Source: Lepidodermella squamata
Lineage: Eukaryota; Animalia; Gastrotricha
DNA length: 64,000 nucleotides
Direction of reading: 5' to 3'
Assembly (NCBI GenBank): GCA_047495785.1
Contig: JBLDXI010000059.1
Span: forward strand, 310,001 to 374,000
Part shown: one piece after another, positions 23,929 through 37,560 of the stretch
Position numbering within the stretch: position 1 is the first letter of the stretch
How the letters are laid out: each line of letters opens with the position of its first letter
Position numbers and translations under genes: made by a program
Notes under the pieces: model-generated
What the model saw: the letters and a program-made list of their open reading frames with translations, nothing else
The model's database searches: none
Told to the model about the DNA's origin: nothing

Positions 23929-26900
23929 TTAAAATCCACCGCTTTCCGACGTTCCGGAACCGGGTAGACCGCCTGACCCCCGCGTCGAGCCCATAGTCTG
24001 ATCAGAGTGGTCATCATCGTCCTCTTCTTCCTCCTCCTCTTCGTCCTCGTTGTCATGCGTTTCACTGGGGTAGTTGGCCGGTTGGGCTGGAACGGGCGCG
24101 CCGGCCATTAAGGCGGCTACCACCTCTGCCGCCCCGACTCCCGACGCAACCATCCGTACGGCGGCAGCAGCCATAGCCTGGGCGTTAACAACCGCCTGGG
24201 CCTGTTGCTGGTCGTCGCTATCTTCATTCGACTCCTCGATGTCCTCGTCATCGCCGTCCTCAGAGGCCGCCCCATCGTCGTCTTCGTCACCCTCCGACGA
24301 CAACCCACTCGGGTTGGTCTCAACAACCATGGCCTCATCGTGCGAGGACCCGTCCATCGACGAAAGGTTCGGAATCTTATTGTTATTATTTCCAATTGTC
24401 GCATAATTATTATTTTGCTGTGATTGGTTGTGGTTGTTGGTCTGATTGCCTTGCATCAAGGAGGATTTTCGCGACAAGGCAGCCATGTCGGCTTCATCCG
24501 AGCAGCAGCACTCAGACGTAGTCCAAACGTGGACGAGCGTGTCGTCGGAGCAAGTCGCGAGCATAGAACACATGGTCGGGTTCCAGTGAACGCAGTTCAC
24601 CGGCTTGGAATGACCCTCAAGCACTGTCACGGGATCTTCAAAATTTCGATGCCAGATTCGGACGAGGCCATCTAAAACATAGAAACAATAATTATCCTCC
24701 ACTTTCTTAGCCTACAATTTGAATTTAAAAACTGCTCAATTTAAAATATCAGTGGTGACCATAAAGAAAGGAATGACCAGAGTTGCCAAAGTTAAAATGC
24801 AAACGTTTCTACGTCGGTATGACCGGAAGAACTGAAAAATACGTTAATCAGCATCAAATTCATACTCTTTTCCGCGGCAAATTTTTTTATTTTCTTTGAT
24901 GCATCTCCAATTTTTCTTCAACTAGTAGGAATCGTACTTGTTCGAATATATGAGGATTAGCGCTGTCGAACAAGCCCAAAATCGTTCGTTTAAGATTGAC
25001 CGATTTGGGGATATGATGGAAATTCTGAAGACTTCTTACTTTTGTTTCCCAAATCGCACTATTGTTATAACTTCAATAGCGATCGCTCGGCAAAATTAGA
25101 GCCCAACGATAGCCCTCGAATCACGCTATCAACTGGCATCAAGAATAACTTATTATCAAACGGTGTCCATGATTGAATAAAACAAATTGCTGCGGAAAGA
25201 AGTACCGTCCCAAGAACTTTAGCCTTGAACCAGGCCTTGAACATCAAGGCACATGCAAAAATGGCGACACTAACTAAGCCATCAAGTGTAAACATTAAAA
25301 TTAGCGCTACGAATACAACGGCAAACACCAAATACTACGCATCGATTCTCAACAAAAAGTGACTATTTCCAAGTAAAATCTGCTGAAGATAATTTAATAT
25401 CTAAACTTAAGCCTTGAATGCCTCTTGGACCAAGAAATCACGGTCAAAGTAGAATTAAATGCTGACGATGAACCTTAATTCGAATATTATTTATTATTTA
25501 TACCTTCTAGTTGCGATGTACTCTAAACCGGGTCTATCGTCCAATGCCTAACTTGATTTAAGACGGCAATTCTAACCGGTTTTGTTTTAAGCATGATTGC
25601 TAGTGCGCGCTCATTTTTGTTGGCCCTATTGTCTTCTAAGGCGAATGGGCTATCTTTTGACGCCCCGCGCGTTACTGTGACACCCGCGGTTACGCAATGA
25701 TCAGCTGATGAATAGAATGGGGAAGCAGACTAGCGTTCAAGAAGATGATAAGGACACGGAGAAAGAAACTGCGGCAACGAGGGCGATAGCGACAGCGAAT
25801 TCGAGCTTAGTTACAACGACGCAGATGATAATTTTTCATCTGATGAATAAAGATGTGATAAAGGTGTTGAAGTGATGATTTGAGATTTCAGGATAAATAA
25901 TAGCCTGTCTTGATTAAAAGAATCGAATAATAGCTCGATTTTTCCCACTATTTTTGAATACGGAAACGAAATATATTCCATACAACACGGTATTCAAGAG
26001 CATCAACACAATAAAACAAGCAACTTCTTAGAAGTGAAAAGAGGTCGAATAACGAGCTGTAAGTTTAGTCTAAGAACAGACAGTTCCTTTTCCTAGGCTG
26101 CAATCATTTTGCGGTTAAAGCCACCCAAACACAGCGCGAAGGGGGTATTCATTATCTATAGATGGAAGTTGTCAGTCGGACTTTTAAATGTTAAATTCAC
26201 TAAAAATCTGTCCGTTATAACGCAAGTCTGGCCTGTTGCAACCATTTGTATGTAAAACGCTGGTCCGCGCCACGAGCCAAGCAAAATGGTCCTTAACGTA
26301 AAACAACTGTGCTTACTTGCCATCTTTAATAGTTTGTGAACAAAAATGAGACACAGGAAACGATGTGCGCTTAAAAGACAACAGATGCTGAGATAGCTCT
26401 TTGGTGCGGCTATTTCTCGACTTGATTAGCACAAGAACGCACAAGTGACTGAAATTACTAATGCGTGAAGAGCGCCGATGACAGGCAAGTTTTTGAAGTT
26501 ACAAACGACTAGTGACTAATAGAGATGGATTCGAAGCTTGCTCATGAACATAAACGAAAACGTTCTGGTAGACAAACCGTATGGAAAAGTGTTGATAATC
26601 GCATAAGCTGACACACCACAGCAAAAAGCAGCGGATTTACAATAAAAAAAAACGCGTAAAAGCTGCATCTGCCTATGAGAAGTATAGTTCAGTCATTTTG
26701 GAAGTTGAGAAGAATTTGGTGAATAAATTTTGCGACTGTTTTAGTTCTTTTGGGAAGCTTGTTTCCTGGTTATAATTTTTTCCGCTTAGTTTCGAGTCCA
26801 TCCCTGTTAGTCCCAAGGCATAAGAGCTATCACATTCTAAACCATAATATTAGCCCTGTAATACCATTGATTTTCACCTCATTTTTACACACATGCGCGA

Positions 26901-29900
26901 CAGTTTTTTCACGGAGGTACTCAGATGCTTACCATTCCGAAGGCGGCGTTAAATGCCACGAAGTTAACGAAAATCGTATACCGAATATATCGAATTAGAA
27001 GGCAGAACCAAAATAATTGGCAGTCCCGTTTATAAGGCATCGAGGTCAATCATTTAAAACACAGGGCAGGGCCCGATTTCAAGGCAGGGACCATATTATG
27101 TGCACGTCTCAAGTGGTACCCCGCAGCTTCCTAAGGGTTACAACGCGTGAATCGCACGAATGCTCATTTTAATCCACTTAATACTATCCTTATAGTCATA
27201 ACAACGCTTAAAGAGGCGAAAGAGGGCGATTTCTAGTGCTTTTGGCTTGAAAACTGGTGTACAACAGCTCATAGGGCAGAGCCGAAATGAAGGGCAGGAT
27301 TATGAGGTAGGGGTTACGGGCTGATAAATAAAATTGGTGAGGTAAAATCTGTCGCCCAAAAAGGTAAAAGTTCGCCCCATTTGTGTCGCCCAAAAATAAA
27401 TAAAGTCGCCCTCATTGCGCGATCGCCGCACTAATCCACCTTAATCCGCCCCTTAAGGCGAAAGGCTGCACCTGACTGATAATCAGTCGCCTTGAAATAT
27501 AAAACGTCGCCCCGTTAAAATAAGAAAATCGCAAATGTGATGATGATGCCTATTAGCCGCACCTCTATTCCTTCATTTGGTATCAGTATAACATCGGCTG
27601 AACCGGTATTTGAACCAAAATACCTATCACCTGGGTAACAGCGCGGACGATTTATTGGGACACTTTGGCTATCTGAGTAGTAAAGCAATAGCCGTAAAAG
27701 CAATGGCCGTAAAAGCAATAGCCTCTAATGCTTGAGCGGGGACATAATATGTCATATTATTAGGACATAAGACACTTACCAATCGTCCACCGGCCAGGTT
27801 TTGGGGCGGCTTTATGTTCAAGGCATGCTTATTACAAGCCGAACAAAGCGTGGAAGCTTTGGTAGGGTCTCTTCAAGCATTTTATTACTACTTGCACACC
27901 GCGTTGAAGTTCACACACCCGCTGCGCCCCTCGCACGCCTGTCGAAGGTTGTTGCAAGCTCGCCGCGTTAAAGCGACTTGCCGGGGATCAAGGAATTATC
28001 TGCGTTCGAGTGTTTACACGCCGGATAAGCTACGTTTGAATGACTCGATGTCCGGTCACTAAACTGGGCCGCTAAGATCACAACGCGCAACATGCAGTTA
28101 CTACCTGTAATAAATAGGAACTAACTTGGCTGTTCAGTTTGTCTAACAGCTATTAGAATTATAATGCTATTTAAGAGCTAAGACCTATTACGAATAGCGA
28201 TCGTTATCAGATCGCTCAACGACAACTAACCTATAACGCTTGGAGGAATAGACACTATTACTCCAAGCTATAACGTGTAGTGTTATAAGCTTGGAGGAAT
28301 GTACTAATACTCCAAGTGCTATGGTAGACCGTGCTATTAGGTACTATCGCCCATCAGCTGCTATCATCAACGTCTTATTCGAACATTTCATATTTGATAT
28401 CAGTGCTTCGCAAACTTTTTTCACCATCGGCATTTTTGGCGGCCGGAAAGCCTTAACTCCGGCCACAATTTTGGCTGAAAATAGTGCAAAACAAGCTGAT
28501 TTTCGGGTTTTGATCGTGCGAAACTAAGGCATCCGGCCGCGTTCCAGCAATTATTTGAGAAACTGCCCAGCCGGCCGCGGCCGGAAAAAAATCCGAGTTT
28601 GCGGAGCACTGATTTAAATGAAAAATGAGCTAAAAGCCGCCCAAGTTGAATAAATGAAATTGGGCGGTGGTTTAACCAACGAGGGCGACTTTGTTTACTT
28701 TGAGGGCCTCTTCAAAATGAGGGCGCGCGTATTTAAAACGAGGGCGCGCTATTATTAAATGAGGGCTGAGATTAAACGAGGGCGAACTTTTACCTTTTAG
28801 GGCGGCAGATTTTATTTTACCGAAATAAAATTATAAGGCAGAACCTTCTAAATCGGTATAAACGGTATATGAGTGCGGAGATGGCCGTGACAAATTAATA
28901 AGCGGTTTTAAATCGGCGCACAATAATTCACCCAAGTAATTCACGCCCTCGCGCGCCGAACTAAAGCGTGTTACCAATGATAAGCGTCCCGCGCACCTGT
29001 TGGGCACCATAATTTGTCACCTGCGATCCTCACAAGCTCATTTAATTTAGTGGTTTTTGCCGTCATTCATAAAGTATGGCGCGTAAAGAAAGAGAGGAGA
29101 GGGAGAGAAGATAAGCTATTCATTGTCCAACCCAGAAAATTTAGTAATACTTAGCAACTATCAAATGACAAATCTCAAAAAATCAGGCGAATCTTCTTTC
29201 TGAACTTGACCGGAATTTCTTGGGCACCTTGCAACTTTTTCCGCCCGTCAACGATATATTCAGGTGCTCCTCTTGTTTTGGAACAATACATGTTTAAGCA
29301 TGGTCTAATTAATTTGATGGGGCGCGTTACCCTTTGAAATATCGCTCAACTCGAAGGGTTAATCCTCAATGCCATGATTGTCCCATGACGGTTTTAGCAA
29401 GGGTTAAAATAGCATTGAACCAAACGTTGGCAGATTCGAAATTCACCCGGCCCTTAAATCGATAATATGCCTAATTCAAGTCAGGTTTGCATCCAGTAAA
29501 GCAGTTTTCCACTTTTCCTTATGCCTCCGCTGTTAGGCGCCGGAGTGTTGAATCATTGAAAGTAGTACAAGGAGTTTCATTCTCGGGGTTTTGCTGTGAT
29601 CAGAGTTGGAATTCTGAAGTATAAATCTCGGTATAAACCGGTAGCATGACGGCGAGGTATATATCGGTATAAACTACCAACAATAACCACTAGTAGTACC
29701 AGTGAAAACCTCGGTAGCAGTTTTGCGATAATGACTGAAGGGAACGACTGAGCGAAGAAAACTTTTCAGATAAATCCTTCCTCGTGATAAATGTTAACCT
29801 CAAATTGCGTATCAATATGCGTCGCCCGCATGCCAACAGTAAAAAGCTAGCCACAATATCAGGTAATGATGGCAGAGAAATCCCAGAGTGAGCCACTCAT

Positions 29901-32160
29901 TTGATGAGCGAATAAAAATCGCGAAAATCGCATTTAAGCACATATGTAAATACATATAAGTTAACATATCGTCAAAAAAGCCAGCTTAACAATAACAAAC
30001 GAAACGATTCTATGCTTCAAGATTTTAGCTTCAGTGATTGAGGTCATTCCTTCCCCTAATGATTTAAACGTTCAAGAAAAATACCCTCAGATCCGCTTGC
30101 AACGAAGTCTTCGTTATGGCCACCGAATGTGGAGTAGATAGCGAGGTTGGCTTGAACGAAGCCGAATAGCTTTCGTATCAGGTGTTTTTCGCGGAGATCC
30201 CACAAATGCACACCGTTTTCTGCAATATTAACAGCAGCGTAGCGACCGTCCAGTGTTAGACTGAAAGACAATATTCGCTGGTCTTCCTTAATGCTACACA
30301 AAAAAGCGAACTTAAAATTTCAGATATTATGAATAATAGAGAAATTACAGCTGTTTGTCGGACCGGTCGTCGAAATTGAACAACCTCAGGCGAGAATGAG
30401 TGTCAGCGATAACAACGGAAGCATGGGTACCCGGCATCCACGCAATGTCTTGCAAACGAATACCTTCGATTTGTTTGACAACAGTTCCATTCAAGTCGCA
30501 GAGGTACAGCTGACCGCGAATTCCTCCAGTGGCGAATAAATCGCCAGTAGGCCCAACAAAGCAGCCGTACGTCAGACTGTCATCGCCGTTGATATTCGTT
30601 TTAAGGCGGACGGTCATCAACTGCACGTCGAAGACCATCACCTCTGTGCAGTCGTCAACACCACATGCCAAAACGAGTCGGCTGTCAGGGCTCCACGCCA
30701 CGTAGCTTATTGGCCGCCACTCACGGGAGCAGTGGCGCGTTAACTGGTGAGTTTCCTAGAAGATAATCACATAACGTTATTACGATTACTAGCAAACACA
30801 TTATTTTTTGCGCCTCATCGCTCTATAATATCAGACTGTGCATATTTGCCAGACGCTTTTTGCGCGGCGGGGTACGGTATATGGTAAATAAAAAGGCGGC
30901 AAACGCTCCGCAAACAGGCCCAAAAATCAGCGCGGTATAATATTTCACGTACGGTTTACAACAAACCTTATTAACGTTCCATATGATTAGATAGCGATCT
31001 CTCGAGCCAGTGGCAAGAAATTTGCCGTCAGGCGAAAACTTGAGATGTAATACTTCATCACAATGGTCAGTCAAGGTTTGCTTCAATGTACAAGGTAGAC
31101 GCTCCCTAAATCGACACGGCAATTCTCATCTTAATGAAGCTATTGCACCAAGAACTTACTTTGAGCATTTATGATCAGATAGCAGTGATATTGAATCAAC
31201 AGAATCGTAGAGTTTTGTATTGTGAAATCGGCACTGTTTTCGTTGGCTCTCTACGGCTTGAGCTAACAGGTTTCGTAGCCGAGCGGGTGGAAGCATCATA
31301 CACTCCGGAAGAAAGCCCTGAATTTTATCCACAACTTGCTGTCTGTTTTCTCGACATCGGCCAGATAAACCGATATGTTTCCGCAGCAAATCGGGCGGTA
31401 CGAAGAACGATCTAATAAATCAGAATTATTTTACTAAACACAAATAATAAAGAGATGATTTGACTCACATGCTCAGCTGTTGCAACCGCTGGGCATCACA
31501 GTTCATACAAGAAAGCTCGGATCGCAAGCATGCTAATGCTTTCGAAAACTTTCCCTCGTCGAGAAGTTCTAGGAATTTCTGCTCCAGTATGGCAAACTTC
31601 ACCTTCTAGAGATAAACAATGTCATAAGTAATCACACCAATTAGTGAGTTCAGAACCATACTTGGTATGCAGATGCATCGCTGAGGTTATTCTTTAGGTT
31701 TTGGAGCTCACTGATTGCCTGTTAAAATAAAAATATAAACATTGGCTACAAGCCAACAGGCAAATGCCAACCTGTTCCCAATTGCCACTGAGAACGGAAA
31801 CACGAAACCTCGATATCAATGGATTTTCAAAATGGAAGCCCGACTCTTCCACCAGCTCTTCTGCTGTTCTCCTGAAAAAATTTACGATGCAATTACGGCA
31901 AGGGTTGAATAAAAAACTAACTCGAAGCCAAGATCACGCAATGCTTGACCGATCAAACGAATGAGCTCTTGCTGACGCTCACTGAGCACTAATCCATTCT
32001 TACGAATTTTCGTAAGATTTTTTGTAGCTATATGCTTTGGTGCTTTGATTATTGGAGCATATTCCACGGTATCATCCTCGGAACCATTGTTGGCCTCGTG
32101 AGTTCCGTTGTGATGATCATTATTGGAATGCACGCCACCACCATTTCTGCAGTTTTGCAT
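23929..32160 (-). CDS. WDR26: WD repeat-containing protein 26 (GID7, CTLH E3 ligase subunit), ~760 aa; exons 32160-31922, 31871-31772, 31718-31662, 31605-31469, 31411-31160, 31105-30967, 30755-30349, 30293-30085, 24671-23929
   Basis: All eight introns are GT-AG and phase-consistent; CDS 2283 nt. LisH (ELIRLIGQALRDLGF), CTLH (FRVSVLSGNWEQA; ILEQKFLELL), MLPPARLRNLLAQA, SLLSDHKC, HCDEV..FSPDG..LATGS, FGGHNEDFVASGSED, GHSKPVNCVHWNP. Confidence 0.93.
28239..28267. mobile_element. P-type transposon excision footprint (29 bp) with 8-bp TSD
   Basis: CTATAACG [CTTGGAGGAATAGACACTATTACTCCAAG] CTATAACG. The left 14 nt are identical to the P-element end at 1787-1800. Confidence 0.8.
28290..28316. mobile_element. 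Second, older P-type footprint
   Basis: CTTGGAGGAAT...AATACTCCAAG; flanking duplication degenerate. Confidence 0.55.
28401..28611. mobile_element. hAT-like MITE
   Basis: CAGTGCTTCGCAAACT...AGTTTGCGGAGCACTG inverted ends; TSD not clean. Confidence 0.6.
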
Positions 32161-32705
32161 GTTTCGAGTGCTTCTGTTACGCTTTCGTGAAGGTAGAGAA
32201 GACTTAGGAGGCGACTCGCTGTCACCTCCGGGCTGCGAAGATGATGGTAGAGATACGGCTTCCAGAATGACGAATACACCTCGTGTGGCCGGGTGTAGAA
32301 ATTAAGCCACACGTTACGATAATAAAAATGGACGAAAATGTGTGTTCCGTAAAGATTCACCACGACAGGCAAACAGATTCGGATTCACTGACGCAAGATA
32401 GTATGCTAAGAAATTCACTAACGAAACGCTAACATGCGAGTACAAAAAACGCACTTGCATCAAGGCTTGAACGAAACAAAGCACAAAGAGCGAAAAAACT
32501 GAAAGAGGAACTTTTTCGCAAGCGAACAAGTACATTTAATTTCCATTTGGATTTTCATGTAAGCAGCAAAATTCAAAATTCGAATGGCTTGCTGCAAAAT
32601 ATTAAATTTAACATACGTAAAGAACAAATAACAGACCTTATAATTCCTGTCATTTTTCCGTCCCACGACGTGACTTTTTCGTGAATCGAAGACCTCAGGT
32701 GTTAT

Positions 32706-33347
32706 GCCGTAAGGTATTCCGGGATAGCCCCAATGTATAGTATACATCGTGTATAGCGCGCACTTGTATACTATACAACCGTATACTATACAGCGTGTAT
32801 ACTATACATGTATACTATACAACCATGGAGTGCGCACTAGATGCTTGTATACCATACATGTATACTATACAAGTTGCAACTTCTTGAGCGCGCTTCTATG
32901 CAATCTACGCGCACTCTACACAAGAAACAGCTTTTTAAAGCTCCTGTAATCAAGTATTTTCGAGCCAATCAAATTATTACTCTTCTAGACATGTCCCTCA
33001 GTCAACAGTCTGGCCACAATTCAATTTGGCTGTAAAATTCATACCTAATTTTCCCGAAGCTGAATGCTAAACGCTTGTTCATAGAGCCTAGAGCAACTAC
33101 CGATTTATCTAAATTCGAATGTTAAGCAGGGGGTCATGCTTCTACCAACATGATCTGCATTTTAGGTTTGAAAACGGCCGTAAATTTGACGTACTTGTAT
33201 GGTATACAAGTGCGCGCGCGCATCCGCAGCTTGTATAGTATACATGTATAGTATACACGCTGTATAGTATACGGTTGTATAGTATACAAGTGCGCGCTAT
33301 ACACGATGTATACTATACATTGGGGCTATCCCGGAATACCTTACGGC
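32706..33347. mobile_element. Mutator-like foldback MITE upstream of WDR26
   Basis: ~120-bp near-perfect TIR starting GCCGTAAGGTATTCCGGGATAGCCCC, with GTATACTATAC subrepeats; 8-bp TSD GGTGTTAT. Confidence 0.9.
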
Positions 33348-33462
33348 GGTGTTATGCTGCCATAGCCAGTTTTCCTTTGTAACTTCGGCGTTTGACTCTA
33401 GTCATTGATCGTTGATTAGTTTAGATTTCCTTTACACTTTTCGAGATGTCTTAGCTCGTTTT

Positions 33463-33615
33463 TATCCCACCACAAAAAGCTCCGCGATAGGCGACTGCCG
33501 AAGAATGGCGAGGTCCTTGAGAGAACTACCGTTCTGGTCCAGCTATACAACGGCATCAAATCCCAATGAATGGGCTTACGCGCCATCCTCACACCACTCG
33601 CCATTCTGAGCGGCT
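33463..33615 (+). repeat. ~150-bp repeat, copy 1 (inverted copy at 36006..36157)
   Basis: Near-identical reverse-complement match. Confidence 0.9.
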
Positions 33616-36005
33616 CTTATGCTAATTTTAACGTAGTTGTCTGCTTTTAGATTGTGATGACTTTTGAGGGAGATTGCTGGTTATATTATAATTGTTTTTT
33701 TCATGATCTTGTTTAGTTATTTAAGCTATGATGCCGGATATTTTTGCAAGCGAAGAAAGAACCATCAATCAATTGGTCAATTTAACGCCTCAAAACTAGC
33801 AATGGATGTCGTTTGAGAAGTAGGAGTGAGAAGACGACGACGACGACGACTGATGCTGTCTCCCTATTAGGTAAGTATGTGTCAATTATTTTTACGTAAG
33901 TATACATAAAAGCCAACTGTGAGTTTTAGGTTTTAGTAAATTTTCACAATTTAGTACCTTGTACAGTTTTGAAAAATGAGTTGCATTGTAGACTTGCAAT
34001 TTGCAATTATTATCATCAGCATCATCATCATTATTATTATCAGCATAACTGTGTGACGTATTATACGATTCGCTAATGGGCTTTTTGGGTTGTATCCGCG
34101 CCAACTTCCGACATTAGTTCGTTCAAATAAGTAAAAATCCATCTTATTGTAGTATTGCTGCTATAGCTGTCAAAGAAAGAGTTGCAGCATTCTCTAGAGG
34201 CGATTAGTACGAAACCATTGTACTATTTTTAGTAATCTTTAGTCAAAGTATCCCACGATTTGTTAAACAACGACTTGCTCGATTTACTTGAGCTTTCTTT
34301 GAACCGATGTCATTGATGGATTGAGACTGACTTCGTGAAATCTTATGAGTCTCGATAGTTTGCATACTTACTGATATACTTATTGATGATGGCAGATAGT
34401 GAGTGAGTGAGTCAGTCCCCTGTTACCGGTTTTCATGCGATCGTGGAATGGCTTGAAGACAAATGGTGAGGACAAATATTATACAAGCCTGGTCCAGTCC
34501 GACAAATAACTTTGATACAAATGTGGCAATTGATCACTTTTCGAAGAACCGACGATGAGGCAGCTGCCTGCTGCAATTGTAGAATGAGTGAAAATACGCA
34601 GATAACAATAGATTGACAGTAGTTGCTCAATCTATCAAGCCCCGGTTGTTCAAGGGTGTTCTGTGGGAAAATTTCCAATTTATTTTGTGTTGCACAACAT
34701 CCACTGCAATTTGCGGTTTGACATTGAGCCCAGCTAGTTCAGCGCAGATCAAAGACTCGGATTTTGTCTTCAATTTCTATGTAACCCGGCAGACAAGGCA
34801 TGTTGAATTTCACGGCGAGATCCCACAAAACGTCCGACTCGGTTTGCCATCGTACTTTGATGCCCCTGTCGGTGTGCCCAGTTTGGCCCAGTTAATAACT
34901 GGTGCTAACTGACTTTCGTGCTACAAATGCCTTATCTAAGTTGCATTCAGTGTTGAATTTTCGCCATGCAATTATAACTTGCTTACTTTCTTTTATTATC
35001 CGTTGCACTGCATGCTTAAAACCCAGTCATCGATTGTGCGGTGCAGAAAATTATATGAATCACTGCGGAAGCGGTCAGACTTATCAGATGTGACAAGAGT
35101 CATATAATATGGCTAGATTTATTCGCCATATATCCTAATACACATTTCATAGTAATAGTACACGGTTGAAAAATTCAGATTGATGAACGAGCATGGATGT
35201 TTATAGCGATAATTGGATGTAGGTATATCAAATTTCCTAGTTTCCAATCGTTCAAATTTTCAATTTAGTAGGAAATTGTAAATCTCACGAGATGCATGAC
35301 AATTTGAAAAATACCTATTTAATTCTATAATTATGTGTGTTTTTTTAGAGTCGAAACGCTGCGAAGCTCACTCTCTGGTGCCCTCTTATTTGCACTGCGA
35401 ATAATGCGCTCATTCACGCGGGAAATCTGGTGCTGCTTCTGGAGCTGACCGATGACCATGATTATCAGGTAATTTACTCGGTAGAGTTGTAATCTTTATT
35501 AGTATACAATTTTTATTAATTATTCTCTTAGTCGAAACATCCATTTCCATCGAACGCTATTTACCTATGCACCGCGAATAAAACGGAAAACTCGATATAA
35601 TAACACGAGGAACTTGAAACGACGCGAAATTTATGGTAAAAACTATTGACGTTTTCTTCTTTCTGCTTCTTCTTCTTATTTTTCTGTCGACGTCCATTAG
35701 CTGAATGGCTTCATCGCGCAATAAAAATTGATTTCATATCTTTCAAATGAAATTTTGCTTCCGAGTGATTTTTTGTTTACGCTTTTTTTCCATTGATTCA
35801 CTTTTTAGTACGTGCATTCACGACGTGGTACTCGCCGTTGTCCTGTGTCTATTAGCTTAGTAGCTTCAACGTTTCAATGTAGTTCATGGCTGTTTGAACT
35901 GTAGTAGATGGGCAGGCACTTAGCACCAAGTGGTGCCTGAAAGCCGATAATTTGTCCGCATTTTCTTTACCTATTGTACCTTTGGCTTTATACTTACTCC
36001 GTCCC

Positions 36006-36157
36006 AGCCGCTCAGAATGGCGAGTGGTGAGTGGTGTGCTTACGCGCCATTCATTGGGATTTGATGCCGTTGTATAGCTGGACCAGAACGGTAGTTCTCT
36101 CAAGGACCTCGCCATTCTTCGGCAGTCGCCTATCGCGGAGCTTTTTTTGGTGGGATA
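36006..36157 (-). repeat. ~150-bp repeat, copy 2
   Basis: Reverse complement of 33463..33615. Confidence 0.9.
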
Positions 36158-36474
36158 TGATGCAGTTGGCCGAAGCCGGCGTGATTTTAGTTGGTTTCGT
36201 GGCATGTATAATTATTAAGTAATCATCTGCGTTAGGCTAGCTATAGCTACATACAACTTTGCCACCAAATTCAGGCGTCTTGCATTTTGCAGCACATACG
36301 CTTCACGTAGCTGAGTGTGATGCGGCGGGAACATCATGCTTGCTTGTAAATCAGGATAGCTAGCAACTAAATGGGAAAATCAACAACAAGACGAGGAAAT
36401 CATCAAGACACACATCTTTATTGCTTTACATCACCTCTCATCAATAATCACAAGCTTTGAAAACCAGGAAATTA

Positions 36475-36721
36475 CTATTTGGACAATAGTTCGTCAACCT
36501 TAGCATGCAATGTTTCAATCCTTTTTTTTATCTCATCCAGAGCCGCTGCCGCCGGCTGAGCTTGGACCGGTGCCGGTGCCGCCTGCTGGGGATGAACCCA
36601 TGGGAAAGATGGAGCTGCAACCTGTAGCATGGCGGACATTGCCGCCAGCTGCTGCATGTTGGGGAGCTGTTGGGCGGCACAATTTGAGGCTCGATGGCCT
36701 GGTCGCCGGCATGCAGTACAG
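36475..36721 (-). other. Possible terminal exon of an unknown gene (Ala/Pro/Gln-rich plus short coiled coil)
   Basis: TTTTCAG acceptor at ~36722, GC-rich coding-like composition, coiled-coil-like LDEIKKRIETLHAKVDELL, downstream AATAAA. Confidence 0.3.
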
Positions 36722-36822
36722 CTGAAAATGAAAGAAAGTAATGAGCTTGTTTGTCATTTTTAGCGCGCTTATTGTACTTCCCGACGTTTCGACTGATATC
36801 TTAACAGTCATATTCAAGGGTT

Positions 36823-37560
36823 CATAGAGATCAGATTAACCAGAGAGGAAACTGATGCAGAAAAAATTCTGTAAAAATTCATTTCGCAATTTTTTCATTA
36901 AGGAGGAATTTTAATAATATTTGCCCTCCTCGAGCTTATGGGAAAACATCAAATTTAATAGTCAGGTTTCTTGAATTCATGATTAAAAAGCATACGATAT
37001 AATTCCTCGTCTCAGAAACAACACACCGCAAAAAACCGCATGCTCAAATCAGCTTCCCAAGTGGAGATATTTGCGATTAATAAAACCTAGTTTTTTCGAA
37101 CCTAGTTAAAACCTAGTTTAAGTATGCCTACTTTGAGCCCTAATAACTCGATTTATACGCAGAAGCCATCCGAAAGACTTATGCCATCTGATAGAGCACA
37201 TCCCAAACTTTCATTTCTGCTAAGCTCGGCCAAATCCCTGACCCACTTTGGAGATATAGCGAAACGAAATTTAAATATCTTGAAAAATAGACAAATTTTC
37301 GCGCATCAATATCTCCGGTTTGGTAGCGCTTAATCGAACGAGGTTTGCGTTGTCATGCTCGTAGTGAGACGCCGAAGAAAACTATATTTGAGTTGACAAT
37401 GCATAGCTCGATTTCAGTTTTCACGATGTGATGTGAAAATATGCAGTTTCTAGGTCATCGGCAATGGTTTGGAATTAAAAAATCCTTCTTAAAAAACTCA
37501 CCGACTTTTTTCAGAAAATTTTTGCATTGAGTTTCCTCTCTGATTAATCTGATCTCTATG
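36823..37560. mobile_element. P-superfamily-like MITE (CATAGAGATCAG...CTGATCTCTATG)
   Basis: ~55-bp TIR, CA..TG ends, 8-bp TSD CAAGGGTT. A partial left end recurs at ~9959. Confidence 0.88.

Noticed and set aside
25065-25331. Hydrophobic 88-aa ORF in the WDR26 intron
   Set aside because: No ATG start, no motif and no clear splice context.
32740-32870. CRISPR-like periodic GTATACTATAC repeats
   Set aside because: They are subrepeats of a MITE TIR, mirrored at 33195-33320; no spacers of proper length, no cas genes, eukaryotic context.
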